DNA of 46,367 bases from Polyangiales bacterium (lineage in GTDB: Bacteria; Myxococcota_A; Polyangia; Polyangiales; Polyangiaceae). Shown in pieces: positions 28,495 to 38,143 of this stretch. Within the stretch, counting starts at the first letter, position 1; each line of letters begins with the position of its first letter. Under the pieces are notes generated by a model. The model had not been told where the DNA came from, ran no database searches, and was given only the letters and a program-made list of their open reading frames with translations. The DNA lies in assembly GCA_038230375.1 (NCBI GenBank), contig JBBRNJ010000071.1, forward strand, positions 1-46,367, given 5' to 3'. The position numbers were made by a program, and so were the translations under genes.

Positions 28495-30843
28495 ATGACC
28501 TACACGAAGAGAACGTCGCTTGCTGCGCTCGCCATCATCACCATCGCCGGTGCGGCTCACGCCGATGCCGCCGAGAAATCCGCGAGCGCGGCGATCGCAA
28601 AGCCAGGCGCCCAACCCACCGCAGCGGCGCCGCCGTCCGCGCAACCCGCGCCGCCTGCCGCGCAACCCCCGCAGCCGACAGGGATGCCGCCACATCGACT
28701 CTCGGAGCTGGTGTCGCTGCAGCTCGAAGACGCGGACCTCTCGGACCTGGTGCGCGTGGTGGGGCAGGTGACGGGGAAGCGTTTCCTCATCGCCAGCCCG
28801 CGCCTCGGGAAGATCAAGGCGAGCCTCTACGCGCCGGAGAAGGTCACCGCGCAGGAGGCGTATCAGGCGCTGCTCGCGGTCCTCACCGCCAACGGGCTCA
28901 CCGTGGTGCCGGCGGGTGGCTTCTATCGGATCGTGGACTCGGAGAACATCGCGCGACAGGTGCTCCCGCTCGACCAGTCCGAGAAGGGGTCACCGGAGGA
29001 GCGATACGTCACGCGCATCCACCGCATGAAGCACCTGTCCGCGGAGGAGGTCGCCACTGGCGTGCTGTCGAAGCTCGCGACCAAGGATGCATCCATCGTC
29101 CCCTACGCGGCGGGCAACCTGCTCATCATGACGGAGACGGGCGCAAACCTGCGTCGCATGATGGAGATCGTGGACGCCATCGATCAACCTGGGACCGACG
29201 CGAAGCTGTATTTTCAGCCGCTCTCACACGTGTCGTCGACGGTCGCGGAGAAGCTGCTCACCGACCTGCTCGATCTCAAGAAGAAGGACGCCGCGCTGCC
29301 GGGCGCTGCGCTCTACGTGGGTCGGCTGGTAGCGGTGGAGCGTCCGAACGCGCTCATCATCGTGGCCACCGAGGCGAGCTATCGGCGCATCTTCGAGGTG
29401 CTTGCACGCATTGACATCGTGGAGCCGAGCGAGACGCAGGTGCACGTGGTGGCATTGCAGCACGCGGACGCAAAGAAGATCGTCGGCCCGCTCGCCGCCG
29501 CGATCGGGAGCTCGTCCAGCGCGCAGGCCGCGCGTCCCGTGAATGGCGCAGCGGCGCCGTCGGGCAACGTCGGCCAGGTGCTCGAGGGGCCCGCGCAGAT
29601 CAGCGCGGACGAGACCACGAACTCTCTCATCGTGACGGCGGGCCCGCGCGACTTCGCGAACATCAAGGACGTGATCGCGGCGCTCGACAGGCCGAAGCGG
29701 CAGGTCTTCATCGAGGCTGTCATCCTGGACATCTCGGACTCCAGCGGCCTGGACCTTGGCGTGGCGTGGCATGGCGGCAACGTGGACACGGACAGCAAAG
29801 GGAAGACCACGACGGAGTTCGGCGGTTGGCGCGCCGGCAGCTCTGCGCTTCCGCCGTCCACGAGCGATCTGCAGGGGCTCGCGCTGGGCGTGCGCGGGCC
29901 CGACATACCGTTCAACACGGGAATTCCCGGCATCACGTCGATCCCCTCGCTTGGCGCGTTCCTCACTGCGGCCGCTTCCACGAAGGGTGCCGACATCCTC
30001 TCCACGCCGAGCATCACCGCGAGCGACAACACGCCAGCGGAGATCAAGGTGCAGCTCAACTCGTCCCTCCAGCCGCACGCGCCGCAGCCAGCGCAGTACC
30101 TTGCAGGCGCCGCCGGTGGCTCGCTGCCGCAGACATCCACGGGCGTCACCGCCAACTACAAAGCCATCGGTCCGCGCGTGAAGATCACGCCGCACCTGAA
30201 CGACTCGGACGAGGTGCGCCTGGACATCGAGGAGGTCATCAGCGACATCGCGAGCGAGCCAGGCGCGAGCGACACGTACGGCACGGTGAGCTTCATCGAG
30301 CGCGCTGCCACCACCACGATGACGGTCAAGGACGGCAGCACCGCGGTGATCGGAGGCCTCGTGCGCAACATCATGCGCCGCAGCGAGAGCAAGGTCCCCA
30401 TCCTGGGCGACATCCCGGTCCTTGGCGTGCTGTTCCGCACGCGGAGCGATCAGATGGAGAAGAGCAACCTGATACTCATTCTCACGCCGTACATCATCCG
30501 CGGCGAAGAGGACATGCGTCGCATCGCCGAGCGCAAGAAGGAGGAGCGCCAGGTGCTCATCGATCACGCGGCCGTGTTCAGCGACAACGCGGGCTGGAAG
30601 CCGCCGGTTGACTACAGACGCACGCACGGGCTGCTCACACAGATCGCGCAGGAGTCACGCGCGGTCGAGCGCGCCCGGGCGGAGCGGGACGCAGTGCCGC
30701 AAAAGGACGCGGGTGGGCCGGTCGCGGTTGCGCCGATGGAGCTGCCGTTGCCAATCTCACCATCGCAAGGCGCAGCGCCTGTCGCGCCGAAGCCAACCGA
30801 GAAGGCCGTGGCCTCGCCCCAGCTCCGCACCGTGGAAAAATGA
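28495..30843 (+). CDS. gspD: Type II secretion secretin (GspD-like)
   Basis: N0 and N-repeat domains, QVFIEAVI, ILSTPSI and KVPILGDIPVLGVLFR secretin signature. Confidence 0.9.
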   Translation: MTYTKRTSLAALAIITIAGAAHADAAEKSASAAIAKPGAQPTAAAPPSAQPAPPAAQPPQPTGMPPHRLSELVSLQLEDADLSDLVRVVGQVTGKRFLIASPRLGKIKASLYAPEKVTAQEAYQALLAVLTANGLTVVPAGGFYRIVDSENIARQVLPLDQSEKGSPEERYVTRIHRMKHLSAEEVATGVLSKLATKDASIVPYAAGNLLIMTETGANLRRMMEIVDAIDQPGTDAKLYFQPLSHVSSTVAEKLLTDLLDLKKKDAALPGAALYVGRLVAVERPNALIIVATEASYRRIFEVLARIDIVEPSETQVHVVALQHADAKKIVGPLAAAIGSSSSAQAARPVNGAAAPSGNVGQVLEGPAQISADETTNSLIVTAGPRDFANIKDVIAALDRPKRQVFIEAVILDISDSSGLDLGVAWHGGNVDTDSKGKTTTEFGGWRAGSSALPPSTSDLQGLALGVRGPDIPFNTGIPGITSIPSLGAFLTAAASTKGADILSTPSITASDNTPAEIKVQLNSSLQPHAPQPAQYLAGAAGGSLPQTSTGVTANYKAIGPRVKITPHLNDSDEVRLDIEEVISDIASEPGASDTYGTVSFIERAATTTMTVKDGSTAVIGGLVRNIMRRSESKVPILGDIPVLGVLFRTRSDQMEKSNLILILTPYIIRGEEDMRRIAERKKEERQVLIDHAAVFSDNAGWKPPVDYRRTHGLLTQIAQESRAVERARAERDAVPQKDAGGPVAVAPMELPLPISPSQGAAPVAPKPTEKAVASPQLRTVEK

Positions 30844-30868
30844 GCCGATCGACGCGAACGAACGCGAC

Positions 30869-32095
30869 TCAGCTCTTCATCACGAACGCACCGAACGTCC
30901 CATCCAAGAGCGGGAAGCCGAGGATCGTCATCCACTGGTTCTTTGCCTTCGAGTGCGCGAGCAGCTTGAAGCCATTCGTCTGCACGAGTCCGAGGAGCAC
31001 GTCCCGGAACGACTTCTTCGTCTTCTCGGGGATCCAGGAGAAGCACTGCATGAGCGCGATCTTCGGTGAGTCGCCCATGGGCTGGAACTGAAAGCCGCTG
31101 GTCTCGCGCTTGATGGCTGCGTCGAGCGTTGCACGGTCCTTACCGAACACGAGCCAGAAGGGCGCCGCTGCTCCCTTCTTCCGCGGCGCTGCCTTCACCA
31201 TCGCGGCGAGCGCGTCCTCGAGGGCCGTCCGCGGATCGGTGAGCAGCGCGGCTGTGAGTCGCTCCTCCTTCGCTCGCGCCTTCTGCGTGAGGACCGGCAA
31301 GAGCGCCTCCACCGCGGGGAGCTGCGAGCGGAGCGCGCCGTCCAGGCCCGTCACGTTGGTCGGAGGGTCCGCGAGCAATGTGAGTGCGGTGATGAGCCCC
31401 AGCTCCAGTGTCGCTCGCGCCCAGCCCATCTGCGCGGCCTCGCAGTGCAGACATCGCAGCGACAGGAGGAGCATGCCGTTGCCCTTCGCGAGCGTGGCGG
31501 CCTTTCCCGGAAACGCGGCGAGCTGCGCCTTCTCGGGGGCGGATGGGACGTCGTAGCCAGGTGACCATCCGGCGTCGTATCCGCACGCGGGGCACGTTGC
31601 TGCGATCGTGAACGCGGCGCTGCCGTCGTAGGTGGCTCCTGCGACGTCCGCGAAGACCAGGTAGCGCGCGTCTGCTTCGCTGGGGCCGAGGTCGTCGTAG
31701 CCATTCAGGCGCACCGGGGCGGCGCTCACGGGGAGGGCCGGCCCGAAGCGCTCGAGCGAAGCGTAGTTCGCAACATCCGTCTCGGTCCGTCGGAACACCG
31801 TGGTGCCGAGCTTGTCCGCGAGATCCTGCGCGAGCTTCGCGTCCGAGGTGTAACCGAAGCTGTCCGCGATCTCGAGCCAGCCTGGTTGCAGGAGATGCAT
31901 CGCGAGCCCGAGCTTGCCGCGCTTCGGTGCCTCCGCCTCGCGCTTCAACTTGGCGTCGTGCGTGTGTGAGAGCACGCGGGCTCCGCGCGCCTCGTGCGAT
32001 GCGATGATCGCGCGCAGGACCGCGGTGACTGCGGCGCCGCTGATGCGTTCGTTCTTCGCCACCCGCACGTGGAGGCTCGACGCGTTGGTCCCCAT
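30869..32095 (-). CDS. Hypothetical protein with CxxC...CxxC
   Basis: 408-aa ORF filling the gap; CPAC and CLHC motifs. Confidence 0.65.
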   Translation of the reverse strand: MGTNASSLHVRVAKNERISGAAVTAVLRAIIASHEARGARVLSHTHDAKLKREAEAPKRGKLGLAMHLLQPGWLEIADSFGYTSDAKLAQDLADKLGTTVFRRTETDVANYASLERFGPALPVSAAPVRLNGYDDLGPSEADARYLVFADVAGATYDGSAAFTIAATCPACGYDAGWSPGYDVPSAPEKAQLAAFPGKAATLAKGNGMLLLSLRCLHCEAAQMGWARATLELGLITALTLLADPPTNVTGLDGALRSQLPAVEALLPVLTQKARAKEERLTAALLTDPRTALEDALAAMVKAAPRKKGAAAPFWLVFGKDRATLDAAIKRETSGFQFQPMGDSPKIALMQCFSWIPEKTKKSFRDVLLGLVQTNGFKLLAHSKAKNQWMTILGFPLLDGTFGAFVMKS

Positions 32096-32123
32096 GCCGC
32101 GGCTACGCCCTCCGCCTGGCTAG

Positions 32124-32633
32124 CTAGAGGCCCTTTTCTTTCACGTACTCGTCGACGAACTTGCTGCTGGCTTCATACGACTGCTTGATGTCGCCAAGGA
32201 TCTTATCCTCCGCAAGACCGCCGATCATGAAGACCTTCACTTCGACGTCGAGCTTCGCGATGCGCGTGCACTTCTTGTCGCCGTTGTTGTCGCAGTGGAG
32301 CTCACCCGAGATCTTCGTCTTGTCGGGCATCGTGCTGGAGATGACCTTGAATCGATAGAGCTTGGTCTTCGTGTCGTACTCGCCCTCTTCGATGTACGAG
32401 AGCTTGTCGCCGATGACCTTCTTCAGCGGACCGGGGATGCCGGTCGTGGGGGGATCGATCTGCGCGCGGCGCTTCCAGACCGTTCCCTCCATCGACTGCT
32501 CCAGCAGCTTGAAGGCGGGGAATTTCAGGATCTCGACGTGCAGGCGGCGATTGAACTCCTCCGAGAAGACGCACTTCTCGAGGTAGGTCTCCGCGCTGCA
32601 GCCGAGCTCGTGCTTCAAGGTGACGCTGGCCAT
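32124..32633 (-). CDS. DUF2505 (SRPBCC-like) protein
   Basis: Y.EEG.YD and VEVKVFMIGGLAED pattern; 169 aa. Confidence 0.75.
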   Translation of the reverse strand: MASVTLKHELGCSAETYLEKCVFSEEFNRRLHVEILKFPAFKLLEQSMEGTVWKRRAQIDPPTTGIPGPLKKVIGDKLSYIEEGEYDTKTKLYRFKVISSTMPDKTKISGELHCDNNGDKKCTRIAKLDVEVKVFMIGGLAEDKILGDIKQSYEASSKFVDEYVKEKGL

Positions 32634-32680
32634 GATCCCTCGTGCGCGGCAGAGAGCCGGTTCAGAGCCGTATCAGAGAA

Positions 32681-33301
32681 TCAGAAGATGAAGACGCCGA
32701 GCGCGACGACGGTGGACCAGTGGCCCTTCGCGTGGCCTTCGGCGCTCTGGACGATGTTGCGGGTCTTCAAGAAGGTCTTTTCCATCTTGAAGGTCTGCTC
32801 GCGGTCGTTCCAGGCCTTCTCGGGATCGAAGTCGATACCGAGCGTGGTAGCGAGCATGGTCGCCGCCAGATCTTCGGCGTACTCGCCGGCCTTCTTTGCG
32901 GTCTCACCGTAGCTGTGGTGCTCCGAGAGGTAGCCGTACATGTTCTGGTCCGTCGGTCGCGCGAGGCCGATGGACGCCGCGATGAGGCGGTTCGGCTCGT
33001 TCGTGTCCTGGCGTGCCATGACGCAATGGACGATCTGCCCAGGGCGAATGAGCTTCTCGCCCTGCTTGCGGGTGAGCTCCACGCACTGTGGCGGGAAGAT
33101 CGAGCTGACGGTGACGAGGTTCGCCTTCTCGATGCCGGCATCGCGGAGCGAGAGCTCGAATGACGACAGGCGATCCTTGTGAACACCGACGCCGTTCGTG
33201 AAGAAGATGCCCTTCGGCACGAACATGTCGTGCATCTCCGGGTATCCGCTGTCACCGACCTTGATTCGCCCCCTGGGGCTCTGTTCCGATTTCTTGCTCA
33301 T
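32681..33301 (-). CDS. pdaD: Pyruvoyl-dependent arginine decarboxylase
   Basis: [22 protein letters not shown] (Ser-Ser self-cleavage site), GYLSEHH and YAEDLA; the true start may be about 33225-33234. Confidence 0.88.
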   Translation of the reverse strand: MSKKSEQSPRGRIKVGDSGYPEMHDMFVPKGIFFTNGVGVHKDRLSSFELSLRDAGIEKANLVTVSSIFPPQCVELTRKQGEKLIRPGQIVHCVMARQDTNEPNRLIAASIGLARPTDQNMYGYLSEHHSYGETAKKAGEYAEDLAATMLATTLGIDFDPEKAWNDREQTFKMEKTFLKTRNIVQSAEGHAKGHWSTVVALGVFIF

Positions 33302-33336
33302 CTAGTGGTCCTCGCGCCTGTGTATCGAGAGACGGA

Positions 33337-33768
33337 CTACTTCTTCTTCTTCTTCGCCGGCGCTTTTTTCGCGGGGGCCTTGGCGACCGGCTTGGCGGCG
33401 ACCTTGGGAGCGGCTTTGACTGCCGGCTTCTTGGGCTGGTTGCGCTTCTCGAGCGACTTCCACATGTCCCAGAGGCGGGGGACCGGGTACGCCTCGATGC
33501 GGGCCTTGTAGCCTGCATCCTTCGTGCGCTTCTCGCCGGTGAGGATCGCGTCGATGAGCTTGGCGCGGGTGCCGAACTTCTCCTTCACGACGGTGAACGT
33601 CGCGTGGAGGCGAAGGAGCTTCGAGTTGGAGACGTGCTTCAGGCCCTTGTCCGAGTTCGTGCGACCGATCCACAGGTCCTCGCCGGTGAACTTCTCCACA
33701 GCGGCGACGAGCTTCGCCTTGTCCTCAAACTTGTCTTTCATGATCGCGAGGGGGCTCTTGGAGCTCAT
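33337..33768 (-). CDS. Small Lys-rich protein with histone H1-like tail
   Basis: 143 aa; HVSNSKLLRLH core and C-terminal PAVKAAPKVAAKPVAKAPAKKAPAKKKKK. Confidence 0.8.
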   Translation of the reverse strand: MSSKSPLAIMKDKFEDKAKLVAAVEKFTGEDLWIGRTNSDKGLKHVSNSKLLRLHATFTVVKEKFGTRAKLIDAILTGEKRTKDAGYKARIEAYPVPRLWDMWKSLEKRNQPKKPAVKAAPKVAAKPVAKAPAKKAPAKKKKK

Positions 33769-33877
33769 GACGGATTTCCTTGGCAGGTGCCCGAGTTAAC
33801 TCGGACGGTTAAATGAGTCCGCCGAATAGCAGCCTGGCGCAGGCATCGCAAGGGCAATGCGTGTGACATTTGGGCGG

Positions 33878-33905
33878 TGTAAGGTGCGCGCGGGTTGCGC
33901 GTTCT
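33878..33905 (+). promoter_or_regulatory. ECF-sigma-type promoter candidate
   Basis: TGTAAG-N16-CGTTCT upstream of the DUF4349 gene; pattern-based guess. Confidence 0.3.
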
Positions 33906-33929
33906 AACCGCTTCCGAGGAGAGTGTGTG

Positions 33930-34862
33930 ATGCAGAATCGGCTTACGTCGTGGGCGATCGCGATCGCAGCGCTCGTGCTCGTTGCGTGTGGAGGCTCGGA
34001 CAAGGCGGCGCCTCAGTCACCTCCCAGCTATGCCCGAGGCAGCAGCGGAGGGGCCGCACCGAAGCAGGCATCCGACAGCATGGTGCGCACAGAGGCGTAT
34101 GGCCGCTCGCAGCCGCCCTCTCCGTCCATGGCGGGCAACTACGCTCCGTCCACCGACAAGCCCATGCACAGCACCAGCCGCGAGGCGGATCGGGACGGCG
34201 ACGGCGTCCCCAACATGGCCGACGCGCCCGCTGCTCCTCCGCCGCCTCCTCAGCCCGGCAACCCGGCCGCGGCGTCGACAAAGAAAAATGACGAGACGTC
34301 CCGCGCCGTGGCTGGGCACGACTCCACCATGCTGGTCTACACGGCCAACATGAACCTCGCGGTGTACCTGGTCGATCAGGCCATCGGACAGGTCGAGCAG
34401 ATCGCAAAGGACAACGGCGGCTTCCTCTCCAGCCGCGGCGACAACCAGATCGTCATCCGCGTGCCTCGCTCGCGCTTCCAGGCGGCGCTTGCCGCGGTGG
34501 AGAAGACGGGCGACGTGCTTCACCGGGACGTGCGCGCCGAGGACGTGACCGACGCGTACATGGACCTGGAGGTCCGCATCAAGAACGCGCGCGCCATGCG
34601 TGACCAGCTTGCAGCGCTGCTCCTGAAGGCGAACGTGAAGGAGGCCCTGGAGATCGAGCGCGAGCTCGGACGCGTGACCGAGGAGCTGGAGCGCATGGAG
34701 GGCCAGATGAAGCTCCTCAAGGACAAGCTTGCCTACTCCACCATCACGGTGACCTACGCGGCGCGGGGGTCCACGATCGAGGCGAACAAGGTGCGCCTGC
34801 CGTTCCCGTGGCTCTCGCAGCTGGGCCTGCCGAGCCTGCTTCGCCTGGAGGACAACAAATGA
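33930..34862 (+). CDS. DUF4349 lipoprotein
   Basis: LVAC lipobox, IRVP, EDVTDAYMDL and AYSTITV. Confidence 0.88.
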   Translation: MQNRLTSWAIAIAALVLVACGGSDKAAPQSPPSYARGSSGGAAPKQASDSMVRTEAYGRSQPPSPSMAGNYAPSTDKPMHSTSREADRDGDGVPNMADAPAAPPPPPQPGNPAAASTKKNDETSRAVAGHDSTMLVYTANMNLAVYLVDQAIGQVEQIAKDNGGFLSSRGDNQIVIRVPRSRFQAALAAVEKTGDVLHRDVRAEDVTDAYMDLEVRIKNARAMRDQLAALLLKANVKEALEIERELGRVTEELERMEGQMKLLKDKLAYSTITVTYAARGSTIEANKVRLPFPWLSQLGLPSLLRLEDNK

Positions 34863-35389
34863 ATGCATATTACAAGCTTCTCGCGGCGGTGACTCTGACG
34901 GTCGCGGCCGTCTCGCTCTCCGGCTGCGGTCGCCCGTTCAAGATGGAGACCGCGCCGGGCTTCATCGAGCTCGCGGGACAGAGCGAATACGCGTACCGAG
35001 CGACGACGCCCGAGGGCGTGGTGGTCGCGGTGCGCGTGGTCGAGGACGAGGAGCGCGCGGACGTGGACTTCTGGGCCAAGGCCGTCACGCTGCAGATGCG
35101 CGATGTGTCCGGCTACGCGCTGCTCTCCCAGAAGGACGTGGAGTCGCGCGACGGGACGAAGGGCAAGGAGCTGCGCTTCGGTCACGACGAGGACAAGAAA
35201 CCGTACGAGTACGTCGTGCACCTCTACGCCGCGCAGAGCCGCATCTTCGTGGTGGAGGCCGGCGGCACCAAGGAGCAGATGGATCGCGCGAAGGCCAGCA
35301 TCGAGTGGACCATGAAGAGCGTGAAGGTGAAGTGCGACACAATCGTGTCGCCGGTGCTTGCGTCGAAGACCTGCGGCCGCTGGATCTGA
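34859..35389 (+). CDS. Lipoprotein coupled to the DUF4349 gene
   Basis: ATGA overlap; LSGC lipobox; 176 aa. Confidence 0.8.
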   Translation: MNAYYKLLAAVTLTVAAVSLSGCGRPFKMETAPGFIELAGQSEYAYRATTPEGVVVAVRVVEDEERADVDFWAKAVTLQMRDVSGYALLSQKDVESRDGTKGKELRFGHDEDKKPYEYVVHLYAAQSRIFVVEAGGTKEQMDRAKASIEWTMKSVKVKCDTIVSPVLASKTCGRWI

Positions 35390-35404
35390 TAAGGACGCGG
35401 GGGC

Positions 35405-36898
35405 ATGGAAGGCAAGCCTCGCGTTCGTTTCGCGCCGTCCCCGACCGGATACCTCCACATCGGCGGCGTTCGCACGGCGCTCTTCAACTGGCTGTGGGCG
35501 CGCAAGAACGGCGGCGCGTTCGTGCTCCGGATCGAGGACACGGACCAGGAGCGCTCCACGGAGGAGAGCCGCAAGATCATCTTCGACTCGCTCGACTGGC
35601 TCGGCATCGACTGGGATGAGGGTCCCAACAAGGGTGGCGCGCACGGTCCGTACACGCAGATGGAGCGCCTGGGCCTCTACAAGGAGTGGAGCGAGAAGCT
35701 CATCGCAAAAGGGCACGCGTATCGCTGCACCTGCACGAAAGAGGAGCTCGAGGCGCAGCGCGAGGCTCTGAAGAAGAAGGATCCGAAGGCGCAGTTCAAG
35801 TATCCGGGGACGTGTCGCGACCGCAAGGACACCGCCAGCCTTCCCCCCGGCCTGCCATTCGTCGTGCGCTTCAAGGCGCCCACCAGCGGCAGCATCACGT
35901 ACGTGGACAAGGTCTTCGGCGAGGTCGTCACCCCGAACGTCGAGAACCAGGATTTCGTGCTGCTCCGCAAGGACGGCGTGCCGCTCTACAACTTTGGCGC
36001 CGTCGTGGACGACATCACCATGGGCATCACGTTGGTCGCGCGCGGTCGCGATCACATGATCAACACGCCGCCGCAGATCCTGCTCTACGAGGCGTTCGGC
36101 GCGAAGGTGCCCCAGTTCGCGCATCTGCCCATGATGCTGGCACCCAGCGGCGAGAAGCTCTCCAAGCGCCACGGCGCGGTCAGCGTCTTCGAGTACCGCG
36201 ACACCGGCTACACGCCCGCGGCCGTCCTCAACTACCTCGCGCGGTTCGGATGGTCGCACGGCGATCAGGAGGTCTTCTCCAGGAAAGATCTCGTCGACTC
36301 GTTCGGGTGGGAGGCGTGCGGTCGCGGCGACGGAAAATTCGACGCGAAGAAGTTCCTCTCCATCCAGCACGAGCACCTGAAGTCGCCGGCGCTCACGCCC
36401 GACGACGAGTACGTGTCTCGCGTCACGCCGTTCGTGTCTGCGCGTGGGGTGACACCCAACGAGAAGACGATCCGCGCCGCTCTACCGCTCATTCGCGAAC
36501 GCGCGCGCACCCTGGTGGAGGCGGCCGACGCACTCGATTACTTCCTGCGCGACGTGCCGGTCGTGGACGAGAAGGCCGCGCAGAAGTTCCTGAACGCAGA
36601 GGCCGCGCCGCGGCTCGCGAAGCTGGCTGACACGCTTGCGGCAGAAGCGTCGTGGACGAAGGACGCGCTTGATCAGAAGACGCAGGCGTTCCTTGCCGCA
36701 GAGGGCATCGAGATCAAGCACGTCGCGCAGGCCGCGCGCGTCGCGCTGTCGGGTCGCTCGGCGACGCCGGGCCTCTTCGAGGTGATGGAGGTGCTCGGTC
36801 GCGACGTGTCACTCGCGCGCCTGCGCACGGGCGCAGAGGCCGCAGCGAAAGCCGCGCCCGCACCGGCACCCGCAGGACCCACGACCGGGGCTGGCTGA
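35405..36898 (+). CDS. gltX: Glutamate--tRNA ligase
   Basis: RFAPSPTG, HIGG and KLSKR signatures plus an anticodon-binding domain. Confidence 0.97.
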   Translation: MEGKPRVRFAPSPTGYLHIGGVRTALFNWLWARKNGGAFVLRIEDTDQERSTEESRKIIFDSLDWLGIDWDEGPNKGGAHGPYTQMERLGLYKEWSEKLIAKGHAYRCTCTKEELEAQREALKKKDPKAQFKYPGTCRDRKDTASLPPGLPFVVRFKAPTSGSITYVDKVFGEVVTPNVENQDFVLLRKDGVPLYNFGAVVDDITMGITLVARGRDHMINTPPQILLYEAFGAKVPQFAHLPMMLAPSGEKLSKRHGAVSVFEYRDTGYTPAAVLNYLARFGWSHGDQEVFSRKDLVDSFGWEACGRGDGKFDAKKFLSIQHEHLKSPALTPDDEYVSRVTPFVSARGVTPNEKTIRAALPLIRERARTLVEAADALDYFLRDVPVVDEKAAQKFLNAEAAPRLAKLADTLAAEASWTKDALDQKTQAFLAAEGIEIKHVAQAARVALSGRSATPGLFEVMEVLGRDVSLARLRTGAEAAAKAAPAPAPAGPTTGAG

Positions 36899-36900
36899 GC

Positions 36901-37863
36901 GTGTTCTTCCGTCCTCACGAACTGCCGCTCCGCGCCGTGGGCCTCCCGCCGCTCGAGCCCACTGGCTTTGCTGCCTTCCTGGAGACGGCGAAGCCACTCA
37001 TCCCGATCCCGGCGATGATCGTGGTGCTTCCGGTCGTGTGGCTCTTCTTCCGCGACACGTGGCGCGAGCTCGACGAGGACGCGCACCGTCACCGCGCAGA
37101 GATCCTCGCGCGCGGCAAGGCGGACCTTCGCCCGTTCGTTGCGCTCGTGATCGCCGCGCTCGTCCTCACCATGCAGGAGTACTACGGCGGCCGCATCTTC
37201 TTCGACAAGTCGGTGCGACCGCTGCTCCTCGCGAACGAGATGGAACATCCCGGCCGCTGGGGCCTCGTCCACTTCGACGAGCTCTGGGGCTACGGCTGGT
37301 GGGCCGGCACGCGCATCTTCGGCTACGTGCTTCCGTTCGGGCTCTGGAAGATCTTCTTCCCCAAGGACTCGCTGCTCGACCTGGGCCTGCGCGTGAAGGG
37401 CTTCTTCACGCACGCATGGATCTACGTGCTGTTCCTCGCGGTCGTGCTGCCCGCGATGTTTGTCGTGTCGCGCAGCCCGGACTTTGGCGGCTACTACCCG
37501 TTCTACAAGGCGTCGTCGCGGAGCTGGGGCGACTTCCTCATCTGGGAGGCGATGTACTTCGCGCAGTTCCTCGCACTGGAGATGTTCTTTCGCGGGTGGT
37601 GGCTCGGCGTGCTTCGAAAGAGCTTCGGCTCGGGGGCGATCTTCGCGATGGCCGTGCCGTACTGCATGATCCACTTCGGAAAGCCGTATCTGGAGGTGTG
37701 CGGCGCGATCATCGCTGGCATCGCGCTGGGCTCGCTGTCGATGAAGACGAAGAGCATCTACCAGGGCTTCCTGGTGCACATCACGGTGGCCGCGCTGATG
37801 GACTGGTTGTCGCTCTCGCACCGCATGGCGCTCCCTACGCGCATGTGGCCGCTGTTTCCGTAG
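36901..37863 (+). CDS. CPBP (Abi/Rce1-like) intramembrane glutamic protease
   Basis: LEMFFRG, MIHFGKP..E and GFLVH; multi-TM. Confidence 0.85.
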   Translation: MFFRPHELPLRAVGLPPLEPTGFAAFLETAKPLIPIPAMIVVLPVVWLFFRDTWRELDEDAHRHRAEILARGKADLRPFVALVIAALVLTMQEYYGGRIFFDKSVRPLLLANEMEHPGRWGLVHFDELWGYGWWAGTRIFGYVLPFGLWKIFFPKDSLLDLGLRVKGFFTHAWIYVLFLAVVLPAMFVVSRSPDFGGYYPFYKASSRSWGDFLIWEAMYFAQFLALEMFFRGWWLGVLRKSFGSGAIFAMAVPYCMIHFGKPYLEVCGAIIAGIALGSLSMKTKSIYQGFLVHITVAALMDWLSLSHRMALPTRMWPLFP

Positions 37864-37889
37864 CCCACCGCCTGCTCGTGGGCAAGACC

Positions 37890-38108
37890 ATGGGTCAAGC
37901 GCGGCTCACCGGCGCACGCGAGCCCACCGACATCCCGCTCCGCGTGGACGTGGTGCTCGGAGCCACGGACGCGTATCGCGGGAGCGCGGCGCACGTGCGC
38001 ATCTTCGCGCTGTGGGGTTCGCCGAAGTCGCAGATCCTCGCCCCCGCCGCGCAGCTTGCCGTGCAGCGAGCGTCTGCGTGGATCATCGGAGTCTGCGAGA
38101 CCTCCTGA
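37890..38108 (+). pseudogene. Short ORF, probably the 3' remnant of a truncated gene
   Basis: 72 codons with host-like GC3 bias; the frame also looks coding upstream of the ATG; no clear RBS. Confidence 0.35.
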
Positions 38109-38143
38109 CGACTGGGTCTGGCGCGACCCATGCCGCTGCCAGG

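Noticed and set aside
34754..36376. 540-aa minus-strand ORF and other long overlapping ORFs
   Set aside because: Antisense or alternative-frame artefacts of high GC content over gltX and other clear genes.
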